A DNA stretch of 53,681 nucleotides, filler included, from Sphacelaria rigidula (Eukaryota), in the NCBI GenBank assembly GCA_964200075.2. It is 5 parts of 5 records of this genome, joined end to end, with 100 filler letters (N's around TTAATTAATTAA, not from the genome) between each part and the next. Parts side by side here need not be neighbours in the genome. Positions count along the whole stretch, not along the records: positions 10,758 to 21,414 come from CAXNAA020006131.1; positions 21,515 to 32,170 come from CAXNAA020006132.1; 3 more parts are not named here. The stretch is one strand, 5' to 3'. The notes beneath the pieces are model-generated. The model had not been told where the DNA came from. It searched no databases and was given only the letters and a program-made list of their open reading frames with translations. Positions 10,873 through 24,949 of this stretch are shown in pieces. A program made the position numbers and the translations under genes. The stretch's first letter is position 1. Every line of letters begins with the position of its first letter.

Positions 10873-12354
10873 CAAGGGGGTTCAGCAACCACATCAGCGA
10901 AATAGAGTTATGAAAACTATATGTAGAGCCTGTAAGAACAGTCAAAGACTAGATGTTTAGTCGCGCAGTCAACTTGCATGGTACGCTGGGCATGAACGGC
11001 AAAAAGGTGGACTAGGGAAAGTACGCAAGTCTGCGTACTACATAAGTAATGACAAGACAATGCACGGAAAGATAAGTGACTGCATGATATCGAAAACGAA
11101 ATTTAAAGCAACTGAACAAAGTAGTATCGAACCACGGTACCGGCAAGGAACAAGGTAGTATCCAACTACGGTACAGGGTGCGTCAAGAAGTCAACCTGGT
11201 GAATAACAAACCATACACTCGATTGCCAGTGTGGGATAAAATGGGGATTATGTGCAGTTACGTCTCGGTGATAACCTTGCTACCAGTATGCTATAAAACG
11301 GTGCACGGGATTAAGTAAACCAAACCAAATTGCTGACACTCCACGCCGGAATATACCGCCATTGGCAAACTGTTCAGTGTTCCCCGCGTGTCCCCCCAGA
11401 CACAATCACGTACAGCTCCGGTTCCCTCATCGGGATGCGACACACCCAGGACAAGAGTGTGGGTGAAACAAGGGCGGAAGTAATTGAGGGCACGGTTCGT
11501 ATACGTTGGAAGTCTGGGGGTACATGAAAATGTGGGTTGGTTTCATACCACCTGACGTAGATCGAAATGTCCTGCGCAGGACGGTAAACTCGACCTTGCA
11601 AACCAGACAGATAGAGGGAATAGAAGCGGAATCCTGCTCAAACATGATGAGTACAGGCAGCGAAATCGACCGGGCCATGTGGATAGCCTACGCCCGCACG
11701 GTCAAACGAAAAACATCAAGAGCGCACAACACAATGCAAAATTAAGAGAACTTAACACAAAAAAACATGCAGCTCTAAAGAGCAACACGACGGCGGCGAC
11801 AATTATTGAACGCTCAACATACAATCGGTTGGCTCGGAAGACAGTTGCGGTAGACACGGCACGCGGAGATGCAGGGAATGTGAGCATGCAAGATGAAAGA
11901 AAAACAGAAAGACCGAAAGGATATGAAAACCATACCGCACGTGCGTTTCACAAATCCCCATGGTCACAATAAAGATGCAACCCCGGACACAACATACATA
12001 CTGATCATGGTGGGCCGATTGTCCAAATTAAAAATGCAAGAAAAAGACCGAAATAATATGAAGAATGCCGGGAACACGATCATTGCTGGTTAGGTACAGC
12101 GGTGATGTTATAGGTGGTCAGGTGCAGGTCAGGCGAAAGTGATAGAATGCAGGTGATTATGACATAAATGTGCGTTCAAATTAGAGCAAGGTACAAAATG
12201 ATGGGAACGTAAGGGCGGAAAGTACGCGTGCATATGACAACATGCGATGCGATAACAAGCAAGAAACGCACAGTCGACAGGAGGCGGCAAAGACAAAACC
12301 AACAACACCACAAGCGGGACAACAACAGCAAACCAGAGTAGCAGAAAGCACGGT

Positions 12355-12428
12355 GGAAACAGCAGCAGCAATAGCAATAGCAATAGCAACGATAACAGCA
12401 GCAGCAACACAGCAGCAGCAACAAACGC

Positions 12429-12471
<43 letters not shown>

Positions 12472-12520
12472 TCATCAACAAACAATAACAAACAACAACA
12501 ACAACCAACAACCAACCAAC
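12355..12520. repeat. (CAA)n/(CAG)n/(GCAATA)n low-complexity tract
   Basis: Visible triplet runs; produces spurious poly-Q/L/V ORFs. Confidence 0.9.
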
Positions 12521-13034
12521 GACAGACAACGACAGAGGGCAGCAGGACACCAGCAAAACGGCAATGGCACGGCAGCAACAAACAACAGCACAGCCGCAAG
12601 GCGAAAGCACAACTCAAATCAACGGCACACCAACGCGGTAGCGAAATGGCAGCACCGCGCCGGCCTAGGTAGCACAGCAGCTGCGTGAAGCAGCTGTCCC
12701 GAAAAGCCCTGAAGTGTGGCACCCGAAGTAGGATGACGCATTCCTCGAGATTAAAACTTGTAACGCGTTCTGATGAGCTCGTTAGGATGATCTCGTTCTT
12801 GCTTGCGACCGTATATGCCTCTCATTCAATTTGATATTGGCTAGGTCAATTGTGTTTGAACGTCTGGTTATCTCCGTCGTATCGTAGGGCGCGACACCCC
12901 GTTGTGGTGAGAGCAGGTGTTGATAAGTCACCCGGGCATAAAGCCGTTGGTGGCGCTCTCTATGGGTATGATTGTAACATAGTAAAACGCGGGCGGGAAA
13001 ACGGCGCAACGCGGGACACCGACGGGACGAAGCA

Positions 13035-14596
13035 CACACGTGGACAGATAGCACCCTGTGGAGGGGATCTACAGGGTTTACGGTCCCTGCGCAGTGTTTC
13101 TGGCGGGAACTTTACTGTACAGTAGCTTCCAGCGTAGCACAGGACGCTCCACAGGGGTTCTCTACAGTGGTCATACACACGTGGACAAATAGCACCCTGT
13201 GGGGCACGTCTACAGGGTTCAGAAAAACTGTGCAGTGTGTCTCGCGGGGATCTGGCTGTAGTTTTTTTTTTGCACCCCACAGGACGCTTCACAGGGTTCA
13301 GGGAAACTGTGTGGGGTTTCTTGCGGGGATTTGACTGTAACGTGTCATTTTGTGCCACAGTCACTCGGCATGGCATACATACAATATACTCTATACAGCA
13401 TGGGCATGATACTGGCAGAGAAAAACGTTCGAAAAGTGGCAGGGGCGGGAACTGAACTCACGACTTTGTGCTCGGGAGTGCGTCAGGTTGTACATTGAGA
13501 TACCTGATTTGTAATCTGTTGCGAAATTGTTATGTGCTTCTGAATACTGTGTGTTGTGTTGTCGTCCCATTTATTCTGGGCACCTGTCTGCATACTATCA
13601 AGCAAAAAAATCTTTCAACAAAAGCATACTCGGTTGAGTGATTTTGGTAGACTGCGGACCACGGGGTTTTCAAAAGCAATGTGCACTGATATGCGAGGTA
13701 TATACCGTCATCGTAGTATCCACGTCTTGAGCAGAAGCGTCGTATCTAGACTCGTAGGCGGGTGGACATCCACTCGATCGTAATCGGTGTGTCGGATCTC
13801 TATTTAACAAAAGCTGTTGAGAATTATTCATCCCTTAGCCCATGTGCATGGACCGGGGGGCAAAAGGATGAATTACTTTTAACAATTTTTTCCGCTTGTC
13901 GGATCCCATATGCTGATAACAGTGCAGTATGCGGGATTTGCCCAGCAGCTGACGCTGCTCGCAATAAATCTCTTTTCGCCCAATCTCCGGATGAATTGGG
14001 GGGCAAAGTGAATATTGATTTCGAGCTTCTTCTGCTGTTCAAATTCTAAAAATGCCAGTGTGCATGGAATTTGCGCAGCAAAATAAGCTCTTCGAAATAG
14101 ATCCTTTTTTCGTTCATTTCAAAAATGGGCGAAAAAAATATCGATTTTGAACAGCTCCCTCTGCTGTTCGAAATTAATCCTTTTTTTTGCCGAAATAAAT
14201 TCGGCGAGAAAATGATATGTTTTGAATAGCTTGTCTTGCTGTCGAAAATAAATTCATTTATGCCCGATTCAAATCGGGTGAAGAGGAACTTACCTCGGGC
14301 AGGAGGACAAGCTATTGAAAATATATACATTTATAGATTTTGTATAAAAATATTTGGAATTTTCACAGAAGAAAAAAGTCAGGGTTTTTAACCAAACACG
14401 ACCATATGGCTGTGCAGGGCTTTGCAGACAAGCCTACACAGGGCTGTAAACCCAACCCTGCGGAAAACCCTATCAACACGCTACGAGGGGTACAGGTTTG
14501 GATTTACACTGTCAGGTTTTTTTTCACAAAGACTGTGGAGGACCCTGTACGGACCCTGCACAGTGCACCCCACAGGGTGCTATCTGTACACGGTTG
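13035..14596. mobile_element. Non-autonomous TIR element with CAC ends (CMC/EnSpm-like), copy 1
   Basis: TIR CACACGTGGACAGATAGCACCCTGTGG at 13035 and again at 13176; inverted at about 14570-14596; body repeated at 23250-24196 and 30206-30842. Confidence 0.75.
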
Positions 14597-16399
14597 CAGC
14601 CTACCTAGTTCTACGCTGACTTCAACTGTTCAGCGTACTTTACCATGTTGGGACAATCCAAAACGAGAGTGCAGGGAACTGGAAGCTGCGCACCATGGTA
14701 CACTGTTTTTGCTCTTGAAACTCATGAGTGACACCCAGCTGTGAATTAGCACTCTGTCCACTTCATACTCCTAATAAATAAGGCGATGTTGCAGCTAGGC
14801 TTTGCTTGACATGTTGAGACGCACACTGGTTACTCTACATAAATGAAGTAACGTGTCACCAGGTCGAAATTGCACGAAAAAACTCCCCTTCAAAACAAAT
14901 TTGTGTTGTGAGCATGCCGGGTTGACTCTACACAAGCACGCAAGCAACTATAGATTGGGCACCATGTCACGAATCGATGGTTACCGTCTAGGGGTCAAGG
15001 GTGCTAGTCAGGTGGGCACCCGCGCAGTCGTGCTCAACCACATTCAAGGCTATCGATTTGCAGAATAAACGATTTTAATCACGATCTTTTTTGCAATTAG
15101 ATATCGATCTTGCACACTACTTTCAGCGCCGGGCTTCGTTCGGTACAATATTTTGGCTGACAGTCTCGCGGGATACTGTAGGTGCAACCATGTATTGTAC
15201 CAAAACAGTTGTGACAAGTATGTAGTACAAACAACTGTATCGTCTCCATACAGTAAGAAGTGAAAAATATTTGACAAATGTGCAATACAGACAGTTTAGT
15301 ACTGTATTTTCACATCCCATGATAGCCGGATTTTTGGGTTTCGACACAAAAGGGCGGTGTCAAGGAAAGGGGAAGGATACAAAGAATGTCCCGAGAACAG
15401 CCGTCTCATCCCCGTAACGAGCACATATAATCAGTCCGCAAGACGTAGCAAGAAAACACCACCTCGCCGGGCGACCGAAAGGAGACACGATTTTGGTTTG
15501 CGAACACCATACATGAGCACGTACACGCACGACACAACGATCGCCACCACCTCCAACGCCATCGGCAACGCAGCCAGCACCGGCGCTAGTGCCAGTGACG
15601 GAGACGGGGGAAAGGGCAAAGGGAGGGCAGCGCCCGTCACCAGACGTATCCCGGAGCAGCTGACCAACGCGGGTCCACTCGAGCCCAGCGCAGGCCTCAC
15701 TGGACTGCCGTGTATGGTAGAGGTCACAGTAGGAGCGCCCCGCGTTGTAGGCCTACAACAAGTGCGCTTTTTCGGATGACCAGGCTCTCCGTGCCTTCAC
15801 CGGGTGCCCATGGACACTCGCAGAGCGCCTAGTGCCTATCATGGCGATAGGAGGCGGGGACACTTCTACTTTCCGCGCCCGCGCACAAGAGATGGGGCGT
15901 GCGCAGCGAGATGCCTTTGAACCCACCAGGCGCAGCACGACATGCCGTGAACTCGCACGGGCCGTGATGGTACCGCGTCTAGCGGACTTGCGAGTGCTAC
16001 ATGAGGAAGGCGGTGGATAACATCCATACACTGTATGAAAACAAAACAGTTCGGTTTTCGAAACTAGGTCGAGATCATTGAAATGACTCTTCTTACCCGA
16101 GGGATAGTGTCCGCTTGGGGTCGGTTCAAACGTTCGAAGATATTGTCGAAAAGCACCACCGAACTTTGCTGTCATCGGCATCCGCAAATGAGTATCGTAC
16201 GGAATACAAATCGACTGTTTAACGTTGTTATTAGAACGCAACGGGCATGAAACTGTTTTCAGGTAGGAAAACAGGGATTTTTAAACACGAGAAACTCTGC
16301 GTTCCCCCGTGGGCCTCACATGCACTCCCAAAATCTCTGTCGTCCTTGTTTCATACCTGACGGGGGGACGGGGAAGCCGCAGTTCCTGGGGTAAGAAGA

Positions 16400-17235
16400 G
16401 CCAATTCAATGATCTCGACGTAGTTTCGAAAACCGAACTGTTTTGTTTTCATACAGCAGTTGTTCCGAATTTGGGTATAGAGTAACATGTTCTTACTAGC
16501 TGTGCAGACAGAAGCCAGTAGAGTAGAGCAACGGAAGCTCCATATTGCAGCTGACGCACCCCTCTGCACCACACTAGCAACAATTAGATCACCACCATAG
16601 GTATCTTTTATCACTCCGCATGTCAAGAAGGTCTCCACAAGTGTTTGATCTCTGTCTCACCCCCCCCGCAACTGGCCTGTGGCAGGCTCTTGTGCTCATG
16701 TCGGGTGAAATCAGCGATGTATAACACCCCCCAAGTTCAAATCGGATCATCTATCTGTTATTTTTGCCGCGCAGTGCACCATCCTTGCTTGCATGTGTGT
16801 GGCAGAGAGCAGTAGTAGCGGTTACGGGAATGTTGCCCAGTTTTTCAGCGCACAGGAGCGCGTACTGTCTAAAGGAAGAGGCAGAGAGAAATCAATCTTC
16901 GCATTGGTGACCTCCAGAGACAAAGAGATGAAATATCGCCGCAGCTCGATGTGCTTTGAGGATAGCTACAGGCACATGACCGCCATCGAGGGCACACAAA
17001 GGACACGGGCGAGGAGCTTCCTCTCTGTCGTTGCTTCTCTCTCTGGTGATATCGCCATCGACACGCGCGTACACCGCAGTCGTTCGGTGCATTTAGCCAC
17101 AACTGATGATTCACAGTTGCGGGGTTATGGGGGGAAAGTTGGTTTCGCTCTCTGCTACTGGTTCGGGTCGTCCCTGCGAAAAAGATATGCCACTTGAACC
17201 TCATTTTTGAGATGGACCTCATTTTGCAGGATCCC
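16400..17235 (+). repeat. Dispersed ~0.85-kb repeat, copy A
   Basis: Inverted copy at 20490-21414; shared pseudo-translation TFxTCGVxKDTYGGDLxVASVVQRGASAAIWSFRCSTLL. Confidence 0.8.
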
Positions 17236-17719
17236 CTGATGAAGGACAACTATACACTTCTTCTTCTGTTACTTCATCTTCGACAGCAGTGAGTGCTCAA
17301 GCCGTATAACTCTAGAAGGCAGTCTCGACTCTACCGAACATCCACGAGCACTGCTACGGTAGGGGTGCACTTTTTCGCGAACGTTTGTCTAGTTCAGGGG
17401 CTCCTAACGATTCTAGATGCACAAGAATAAGGGCCAGGGCATCCCCGTTTGCAGATTAATTCGGGATATCCACAGCACATTGGAATAGTAANNNNNNNNN
17501 NCGTGTTTTGGATGAGATAAGGGGTTCCTAACAATTCTAACCTCAGAAATTATTTCTTTACCCCTACCGTAGCATCACTCCCGCCGAGTGACTCTCAGAG
17601 ACGGGGGAACCTCCAGCTGAGTTTGGCTGTCCTCTGGGGGGAGAGTATGGTCTCCTTTTCTCTCTAGAGAACATCCACAGAGGCACTACAGGCTCACCAC
17701 CAAAAAGCACTCACCGGTA

Positions 17720-19180
17720 AAACTTCACGCCGTTTTAACGAGTTAGACCCTGAATGTTTGCACAGATGTTCTACGGTGCATTACGCAACTTTTAAAGGTC
17801 GAGGTTTTTCTACTTGTTTACTTTTCCATCATTGTTCGGGGTCCCAGTTTTCCCGCGAAACATCAATCCAATCCAACCCCCGTAAAACGGTAAAGAAACA
17901 GGAACTGAGAAGCAACTTTCACTCAAAGTTGCGTAGTGATCCATAGCCCAGGTGTGCAAAATTTCAGCGTCTAACTCCTTCACACGGCGTGAGATTATTC
18001 ACTTTTGTGCGATGAACTTTGACGTGCCGCGCGGTGAAACCGCAAACTACTTGATTTTAGTAGAAAAAGGGCGTTTTTCGGCCTTCTTTGACGTGAACAT
18101 GAAACTTTAAGCATTAGTTGATCGCGTTTTGCGACGAAATTCTGTAGGGCACTTCCTTGGGTTATGCGGCGACAGCACGTGCACGGAAAAATGACAACAT
18201 ATATCGTTATGCTGGCTTTCCGGGGTCCCAGAATGGAGACTACTTAAAAAAACGACTTGGATCCCGTTGGACCCCCGAAAAACGGTGAAAAACTCAAGAA
18301 GTAACAAAGCCCTCGCCCATAAAACGTTGCGTAATAACACATAGCATATCTGTGCAACGTGTCAGGATCTAACTGCTGATAACGGTGTAAAGGTTTGCGC
18401 GTTTGTGGAGGACGTGGGCTTGAAAAGTGCAAATCCTAACTACCTGGTTTTAGTATGCAAACGTCTTTCTGGGTGATTCTTACGTCAGGGCAAGAGTAAC
18501 TGTACGAAGTTTTCGATTTTCTTCATCAAACTTTGTTTATGTGTTCCTTGGACTATTCCGGGACGCATCGTTTTATTATTTTTCCTTTAGGACATTTGCT
18601 ACCGCCTTCCGGGGGTCCCAGTATGAAGAACCCCGGAAGCCGGTAGAGAACGGAGAAACCAGGAAATCTTGTCATGAACACAATTTTCCCACTTGGAGCA
18701 TCAATACCTACGTAACTGCCAAGTTCAAGGGCGATCTGGTCTTTTTCACAACAGATGCAGGGGACACCGTCACGAGGCTCCCTGGGTCTTTCGTGCGTAT
18801 CATTAGTGGAAATATGACGACGCAAAGACCCGACATCACCGAAACATCACCGTTTCGGAGATAATTCGACCCCCGCAGTAACCGTGTTAATATATACTTT
18901 TTTCGTTCGATTCCCGAGCCGATGACGGTTACTACGATTTGAAGCATGTGGAGGTTGGGTGAAAAATGGGCTTGGAATTCGTACTTTCGATCTCGGAACA
19001 ATTTGATGGGCGCTGATTGGTCGATATACCTTTTCGCCCTTAGCGTTACCACTATGGCCTTACACACCAATCCGGCTATGTCATGCTCTTCAGCTGTCCA
19101 TGGTGGTCAGTATGATATCATGTATGCGACTATTGGGCAGGCATTGCGAAATGCATTCGCTGATGAAACAATTTTGGGTG
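17720..19180 (+). mobile_element. ~1.4-kb non-coding repeat with internal inverted modules, copy 1
   Basis: Collinear with 51755-53111 (e.g. GGGCGCTGATTGGTCGA, TATCATGTATGCGAC.ATTGGG). Confidence 0.75.
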
Positions 19181-20489
19181 ATAAGCGTGGACCAGCCTGT
19201 ATGAAGGGCCGGAGAGAAAAAAGCAAACCTCCGGTAGGGTCGGGTTTGCCAGTAGAGTTTACCACTGGGTAGGTATGAAGATAGTTCTCGCAAAATTACG
19301 GCATGTAGGCAGGTGACACTGATTTATAACTGTTATTTCGCACAGGAGCCAAAGTATCTTGAACCACACATGCAGCTGCCCGTCACCTCTGATCGACGGT
19401 CTCGGATATACTGCACATGTGTTCGAGCTCGTACGCAATTTACACACGGGACAGTCCCGGATTAGTTGCGTCGCTTCCCCGAGGACCGAGACAGCTCCGC
19501 AGCTACTTCTTTCTCTGTCTGTCTGTCTGTCTGCCTCTCTGTCTGCCTATCTCTCCTTCTCTTTTCCTCATACAAACATACACACGCAGCGTCTATTAGA
19601 CGTCCCTCTACTGAAAATTTCTTCGAGCTGCCGCAAGGGTCTGTCAAAAATATATTTCGGGACACGTAGGCCCCAAGATCGGAAATTCGATTTTTTTAGG
19701 GGGGGGGGGGGGGGGCACCCAGCCTGCTGTCCCCTAGTTGAATGCCGAGGCGTTGGCGGATGCTTTCAGCTGCCGTGTACAGAGATCCTTGGCATGAGGA
19801 CCGCTGAGATGACGGGCACACCGCCTCCCTAAGCTCATCATCACCCACCATGATTATATTTATGGGATCATGCTCCGTGTCCTGTGCTTCGACTACCCAC
19901 CACTAATGGTCCGGGCGAATTTGGCGAGGCGTGTGATTATGTTGCTACTTTGGCTACAGGCTGTCGCTACCCTGCGCTCGTGTATTGCACATGGGTGTGT
20001 GTGAGCGTTGGGGTTATCAATAATAGCCCTATCGTGGAGTGAGGTAGGGTGACGCTCACGATCCTTCGTCACAAGGAAACGTTGTCGTTTCATGTGCATT
20101 CATCTAGCTCAATGTAAGGTTATCATGATGGCAAGCACACAATTTTGCTGGTCAGACTCTTCACGGGCGCTTGGTCGGCGGAGCTTTCGTGACGACGCAT
20201 GTGCGCGGCACTGTTGTAAGTTCAGGCGAGTTTTTTTTTGTGCGAGAAACCGGCAGCCGCTTCCTTTTATATAATTTTAGTTCGAAGTACATATGTTGTA
20301 CCCGTGGTCGAAAGTCTTCTATTGTGGGATAATTCACGAAATGGTTTGCACAGTTCACATCCCCGAACTACGAAACAAATGCTTACCAGGAGATCAAAGT
20401 CTGTAGTGACTAACCGTTGAGTGAAAGTTCGAAAGAGTTTAGCTCTCATTATGATTTGGGTCATCAGAGGTTTTCATTATGTAACAGTG

Positions 20490-21414
20490 AATCCTGGAAA
20501 ATGGGGTCGATCTCAAAAATGGGGTTCAAGTGGCATATTTCTTTGGCAGGGATGACGCGAAACAGTGGCACAGAGCGAAAACACCTTTCCCCCCAAACCT
20601 CTGCAGCATTGAATCATCAGTTGTGGCTGAATGCACCTAACGACTGCAGTGTACACACGTGTCGATGACGATATCACCAGAGAGAGCAGCAATGACAGAG
20701 AGTAAGTTCCTTGCCCGCGTCCTTTGTATGCCCTCAGTGGGCGATTATCAATCGTTCGAGAGACTGGCATCATGCATGTTACCAGCATGTACCCAATTTT
20801 CCATGTGCCAGAACATCGAGCTGCGAAGAGATTCCATCTCTTCTTGCCTGTCAACCTCACCAATGCGAAGATCGATATATCTCTGCCTCTCTTTTTGGAC
20901 CGGACGCGCCTCTGTGCGCTGAAGAACAGGCAAGGAAAATGTTCCCGCTACCGCTACTACCGTTCTCTGTCACACACATGCCAGCAAGAACGGTGCGCTG
21001 TGGCAAAAATAACAGATGATCCAATTTGAACTGGAGGGGTGTTATTCATCGTTGATTTTCCCTGGCATGACATGCCTGACCATCCAGGCGCCCGACCACG
21101 AGAGCCTGTCACAGGACAGTTGGGGTGTGTGTGTGAGAGAGAGATAAAGAAACTTGTGGACACCTTCTCGACATGCGGAGTGGCAAAAGATACCTATGGT
21201 GGTGACCTAACTGTTGCTAGCGTGGTGCAAAGGGGTGCGTCAGCTGCAATCTGGAGCTTTCGTTGCTCTACTCTACTGACTCTCGTATGCACAGCGTCTG
21301 CCGAGAGGTCACACACGGTAGCAACATGTGATCATGTACCGAAATCTGGAACAGCTATTGAATCACAACAGTTCGGTGTACGAAGCTACATTCGGATCAT
21401 TGAAATGGCTCTTG
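20490..21414 (-). repeat. Dispersed ~0.9-kb repeat, copy B (inverted, cut by a gap)
   Basis: Reverse complement of 16400-17235. Confidence 0.8.
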
Positions 21415-21514
21415 NNNNNNNNNNNNNNNNNNNNNNNNNNNNNNNNNNNNNNNNNNNNTTAATTAATTAANNNNNNNNNNNNNNNNNNNNNNNNNNNNNN
21501 NNNNNNNNNNNNNN
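21415..21514. other. Assembly spacer
   Basis: 44N-TTAATTAATTAA-44N. Confidence 0.97.
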
Positions 21515-23249
21515 AGAGTTCATCGCTGCTGGCAATGCTATACAGTGTGTTTGCGCACAAACACTACCCTCCACATGCAGCTGTGGGCGCAAGGTACTGG
21601 CGGAAAAGAAAACTGATGAGGTTGGACGGAGAATCGAACCTGCTACATTCGGAGCTACGCGTGGTAGTCGACGAGTGCTAGATATATTTTTTGCACTTCT
21701 GAAGTTTGGGGCCCTCGAAGGTCCGTGTCAATAACACTGAAATCCTCCGAATTGGTTTTAGAGGCACACGTGTAATGGAAATCTGGAATTTGGACAGCCG
21801 CTGCTGTTCGAAATATAAATCCTAATCCCAAACTTGGAATAGGGCAAAAATGATTAATTTCGAAGAGCTTATTCAGCTGTACAGACAATCCCGTATACAC
21901 TGTATATAGCAGATGGAATCTGTACACCACCAAGAATGCCTGAAATTGGGTGGAGAAAGAACTTGCTCGCGAGCAGCTTTAGCTGTTCAAGTCCCATACT
22001 GCATGTAAGCTTTTGTTGCAGCTGACGCCATGGTAACGGATCGCATTTGACCTCGGTTATAGATGCATCCACCTTATGAAAACCCCGTAGTCCCGCGTCG
22101 ACGAAAATAAAACAATATACAGGGGATAATGAAACATCTTATCGCGCGGTTGATACTATGTACACGGGATATATATTCACACCAATAGACTGTACCGGAC
22201 GGTAAAATACCATTGCATGCCGGACAGTGCGCTATACCGCCGTGCTTATACGTGCGGCGCAATATACTGCAGATGGCTGGCTATAATTACAATGTAGATG
22301 CCTGCAGCTTATTTTGATATATGGGGCGGGTGTTATATACCGTCACGAACTCCAGTTTTTCACGCGCGCGTTCCACATTATATTTGCGCGCACAGCTGCT
22401 GCAGCACAGTAAGTAGGGCGTGAAAGGGAAGGGGAGACGTACAGTACAGACAGCGCAGGACAATGTATGTGTATGTTCTCTACCTACAGTGCGACGTGAA
22501 AAGGACTTGAACAACGTGCAGCATATCGTACGCGGCCTGTATGCTGCACTATGTTATATCGCGGTGCGTCCGCACCATGCATATGATCGTGAGTGTGTAT
22601 ATGCGTAACATAGGCGGTCGCTTGATTATTGTTCCTCGCACCCGTGCCTATATATACGCACCCCGCGTATGTCGTCGCCGCGCGATGTCGCGACCATGAA
22701 GAAGGTGCTCAAGTTTCCACCAACGAGAAATACATCATATCCACCCGCACGGCAGTGTGTGTGTGTCTATATCCCTATGCCCAACCCGTGCTCTTTGCTG
22801 CGGGGTTGTGGTGGTATAGCCGGGCGGAATAATACTGTTGTGCGGGCGAGTGCGTTTCTTGATGGAGTCATGCTACGATAAGAGGGGGGGTGTTCGATTC
22901 CACGAAATATTGGCTCGTAGATGCATCAGACGACTCACCACACTCGCGTTGTGCTTGTATTTGGGTAAAAGCGATGTTAAACAATACATATGACCGTTAT
23001 TAATCGGAAGCAAGCGCGTTCGAACTACCGTTGCTGCCATCAACGACGATTGCAGGTAGAATTTCGTGGACTAAAGCGGCCTAAAATACCCCCCCCCCCC
23101 CCCTATCGTCGCATGACTCGATGCTCGATTTGTGTGCGGTGATATATATACGGAGTATAGATATATCTTGGGGGTGATGATGGTCTACATATACGGTACT
23201 ATTAATATACGATTGATTAAGTGATATTTTCTAAACATGGTTCGTGTTG

Positions 23250-24196
23250 GTAGACGATGCAATACGGGGTTTTGTGAAAAATGTGCATAGATGGACGAGG
23301 TATACCCGACCGTCCAGCATCTTTCCACGCCTTCCCAGGGGTTTCAGACGAAGCACAGGTGTGGACATACACACGTATACAACGTGTGGGATCTCGATTC
23401 AGCGAAAGCTGTTGAGAGCTATTTATTCTTCAGCCCATGTACATACGGACTGGGGGGCAAAAGGATGAATACCTTTCAACAATGTTTTCTGCGTGTCGGA
23501 TCCCATGCGCTGGTGACGATGCAGTATGCGGGATTTGCCCAGCAGCTGACGCTGCTCGCAATGAATCTCTTTTCCCCCAATCTCTGGATGAATTGGAGGG
23601 AAAACTAAATATTTATTTCAAGCTTCTTCTGCTCTTCAAATTCCGAATTCGCCAGTGTGCATGGGATTTGCGCAGCAGAAGAAGGTGTTCGAAATATATC
23701 ATTTTTTCGCTCATTTCAAAAATGAGCGAAAAAAGGGTCGACCTTGAACAGCTTCTTTTGCTGTTTGAAATAAATCCTTGTTTTTGCCGAAGTATATTGG
23801 GCGAAAAAAGGATCTGTTTAGAATAACTTGTCCTGCTGTCCAAAATAAATTCCTTTTTGCTCGATTTAAATCGGGTGAAGAGGAATTTACCTCGGACAGG
23901 AGCACAAGCTATTTACGGAAAATAAATAAATTTACAGATTTTGTACCAAAATATTGGAATTAAAAACAAAAACAACGTCAGGTGTTTTCACTAAAACACA
24001 ACCACAGGACTGTGCAGGGCTTTGCCGACGTGCCTACACAGGGCTTCAAATCCAACCCTGGGGAAAACCCTATCAAAACGCCACGAGGGGTACAGATTTG
24101 GCTTTTCACTGTAAGGGTTTTTTTCACAAAGACTGTGGAGGACCCAGTACGGATCCTGCACGGTGCGCCCCACAGGGTGCCATCTGTCCACGGGTG
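23250..24196 (+). mobile_element. Same CAC-TIR element, partial copy 2
   Basis: Collinear with about 13650-14596; ends CCACAGGGTGCCATCTGTCCACGGGTG. Confidence 0.8.
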
Positions 24197-24946
24197 CTAC
24201 GGCAATCGGCAGACTATCAGCGGTACAATCTTTTCACAAACTAAATGGCATAGAGTTACCACTAACACACTACTTTCTACGAGCAGTCAAATCGGGACTA
24301 AAAAAAGAGAGTGCACGAAAAGGGGAAGAGGCATGCGTGAGGCGCCCCCTCACTTGGGTAATGCTGAAGCAAGGACACAGCTTAATTTCCTCGTGGGATG
24401 AAAGAGGTACGGTTCTGTGGTTATCTTTATGCGTTTCATATTTCTTTCTATGTAGGGCATCCGAATTGTTCGCGTATAGTAGCGGAAAAATCCACAAGGA
24501 GTTTGGTCTGACATGCGGGGATATTTAATTCAAGAGGGGTGGGACACAATTGCACAAGCACCCAGAATGGCAAACAGCTGACAGCGGAGACGTACGTTTC
24601 AAGGCGCACAAGGGTGACCAGAAAAGACGAGGGGCCGTATTGAGCAGAAATCGTGCCGTAGCTCAACCCAACAAGCAGGTAGTGGACATTGGTCAGTCCT
24701 TAGGTGCGCAGAGTGGCGAGTTAGAAATAATGACCGCGCTGATGCTACTATAGTTCATTATATTTGGACGCTAACATCCCGCTCACCACGTACGCCTCAC
24801 AATCAAAATGGAGGGTATGGACGCGCGAGCAAGCAACAATCGCTCTGCGGGAGTTAGTGCAACAACATGGTGTGAACCCTTCAGAATATACACTCCACTC
24901 GGATAGTAACGGGGGAGAAACGCGTTTGGCAGCAGCAGGCATTCGG
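24197..24946 (+). pseudogene. Tyrosine recombinase remnant of a DIRS-type retrotransposon
   Basis: RRPLTWVML..LWLSLCVSYFFLCRASE (catalytic R box), VRFKAHKGDQ (K box), EYTLHSDSNGGETRLAAAG (decayed HSxR box); internal stops/frameshift; truncated before the catalytic Tyr. Confidence 0.8.
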
Positions 24947-24949
24947 TGA

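Noticed and set aside
12129..12722. Poly-Q, poly-L and poly-V ORFs of 144-197 aa
   Set aside because: Artefacts of CAA/CAG microsatellites that are open in several frames.
15358..16020. Possible 5' LTR plus gag fragment (TGTCAAGG... followed by an Ala/Gly-rich ORF)
   Set aside because: No second LTR, clear primer-binding site or recognisable gag motif; too weak to call.
21612..21645. Hammerhead ribozyme core (CTGATGA...GAA); similar CTGATGA at about 12770 and 17237
   Set aside because: No GAAA or closing stems I/III in the required positions.
24197..24946. Phage integrase or prophage
   Set aside because: No phage genes nearby; the eukaryotic context and motif style fit a DIRS-type recombinase.
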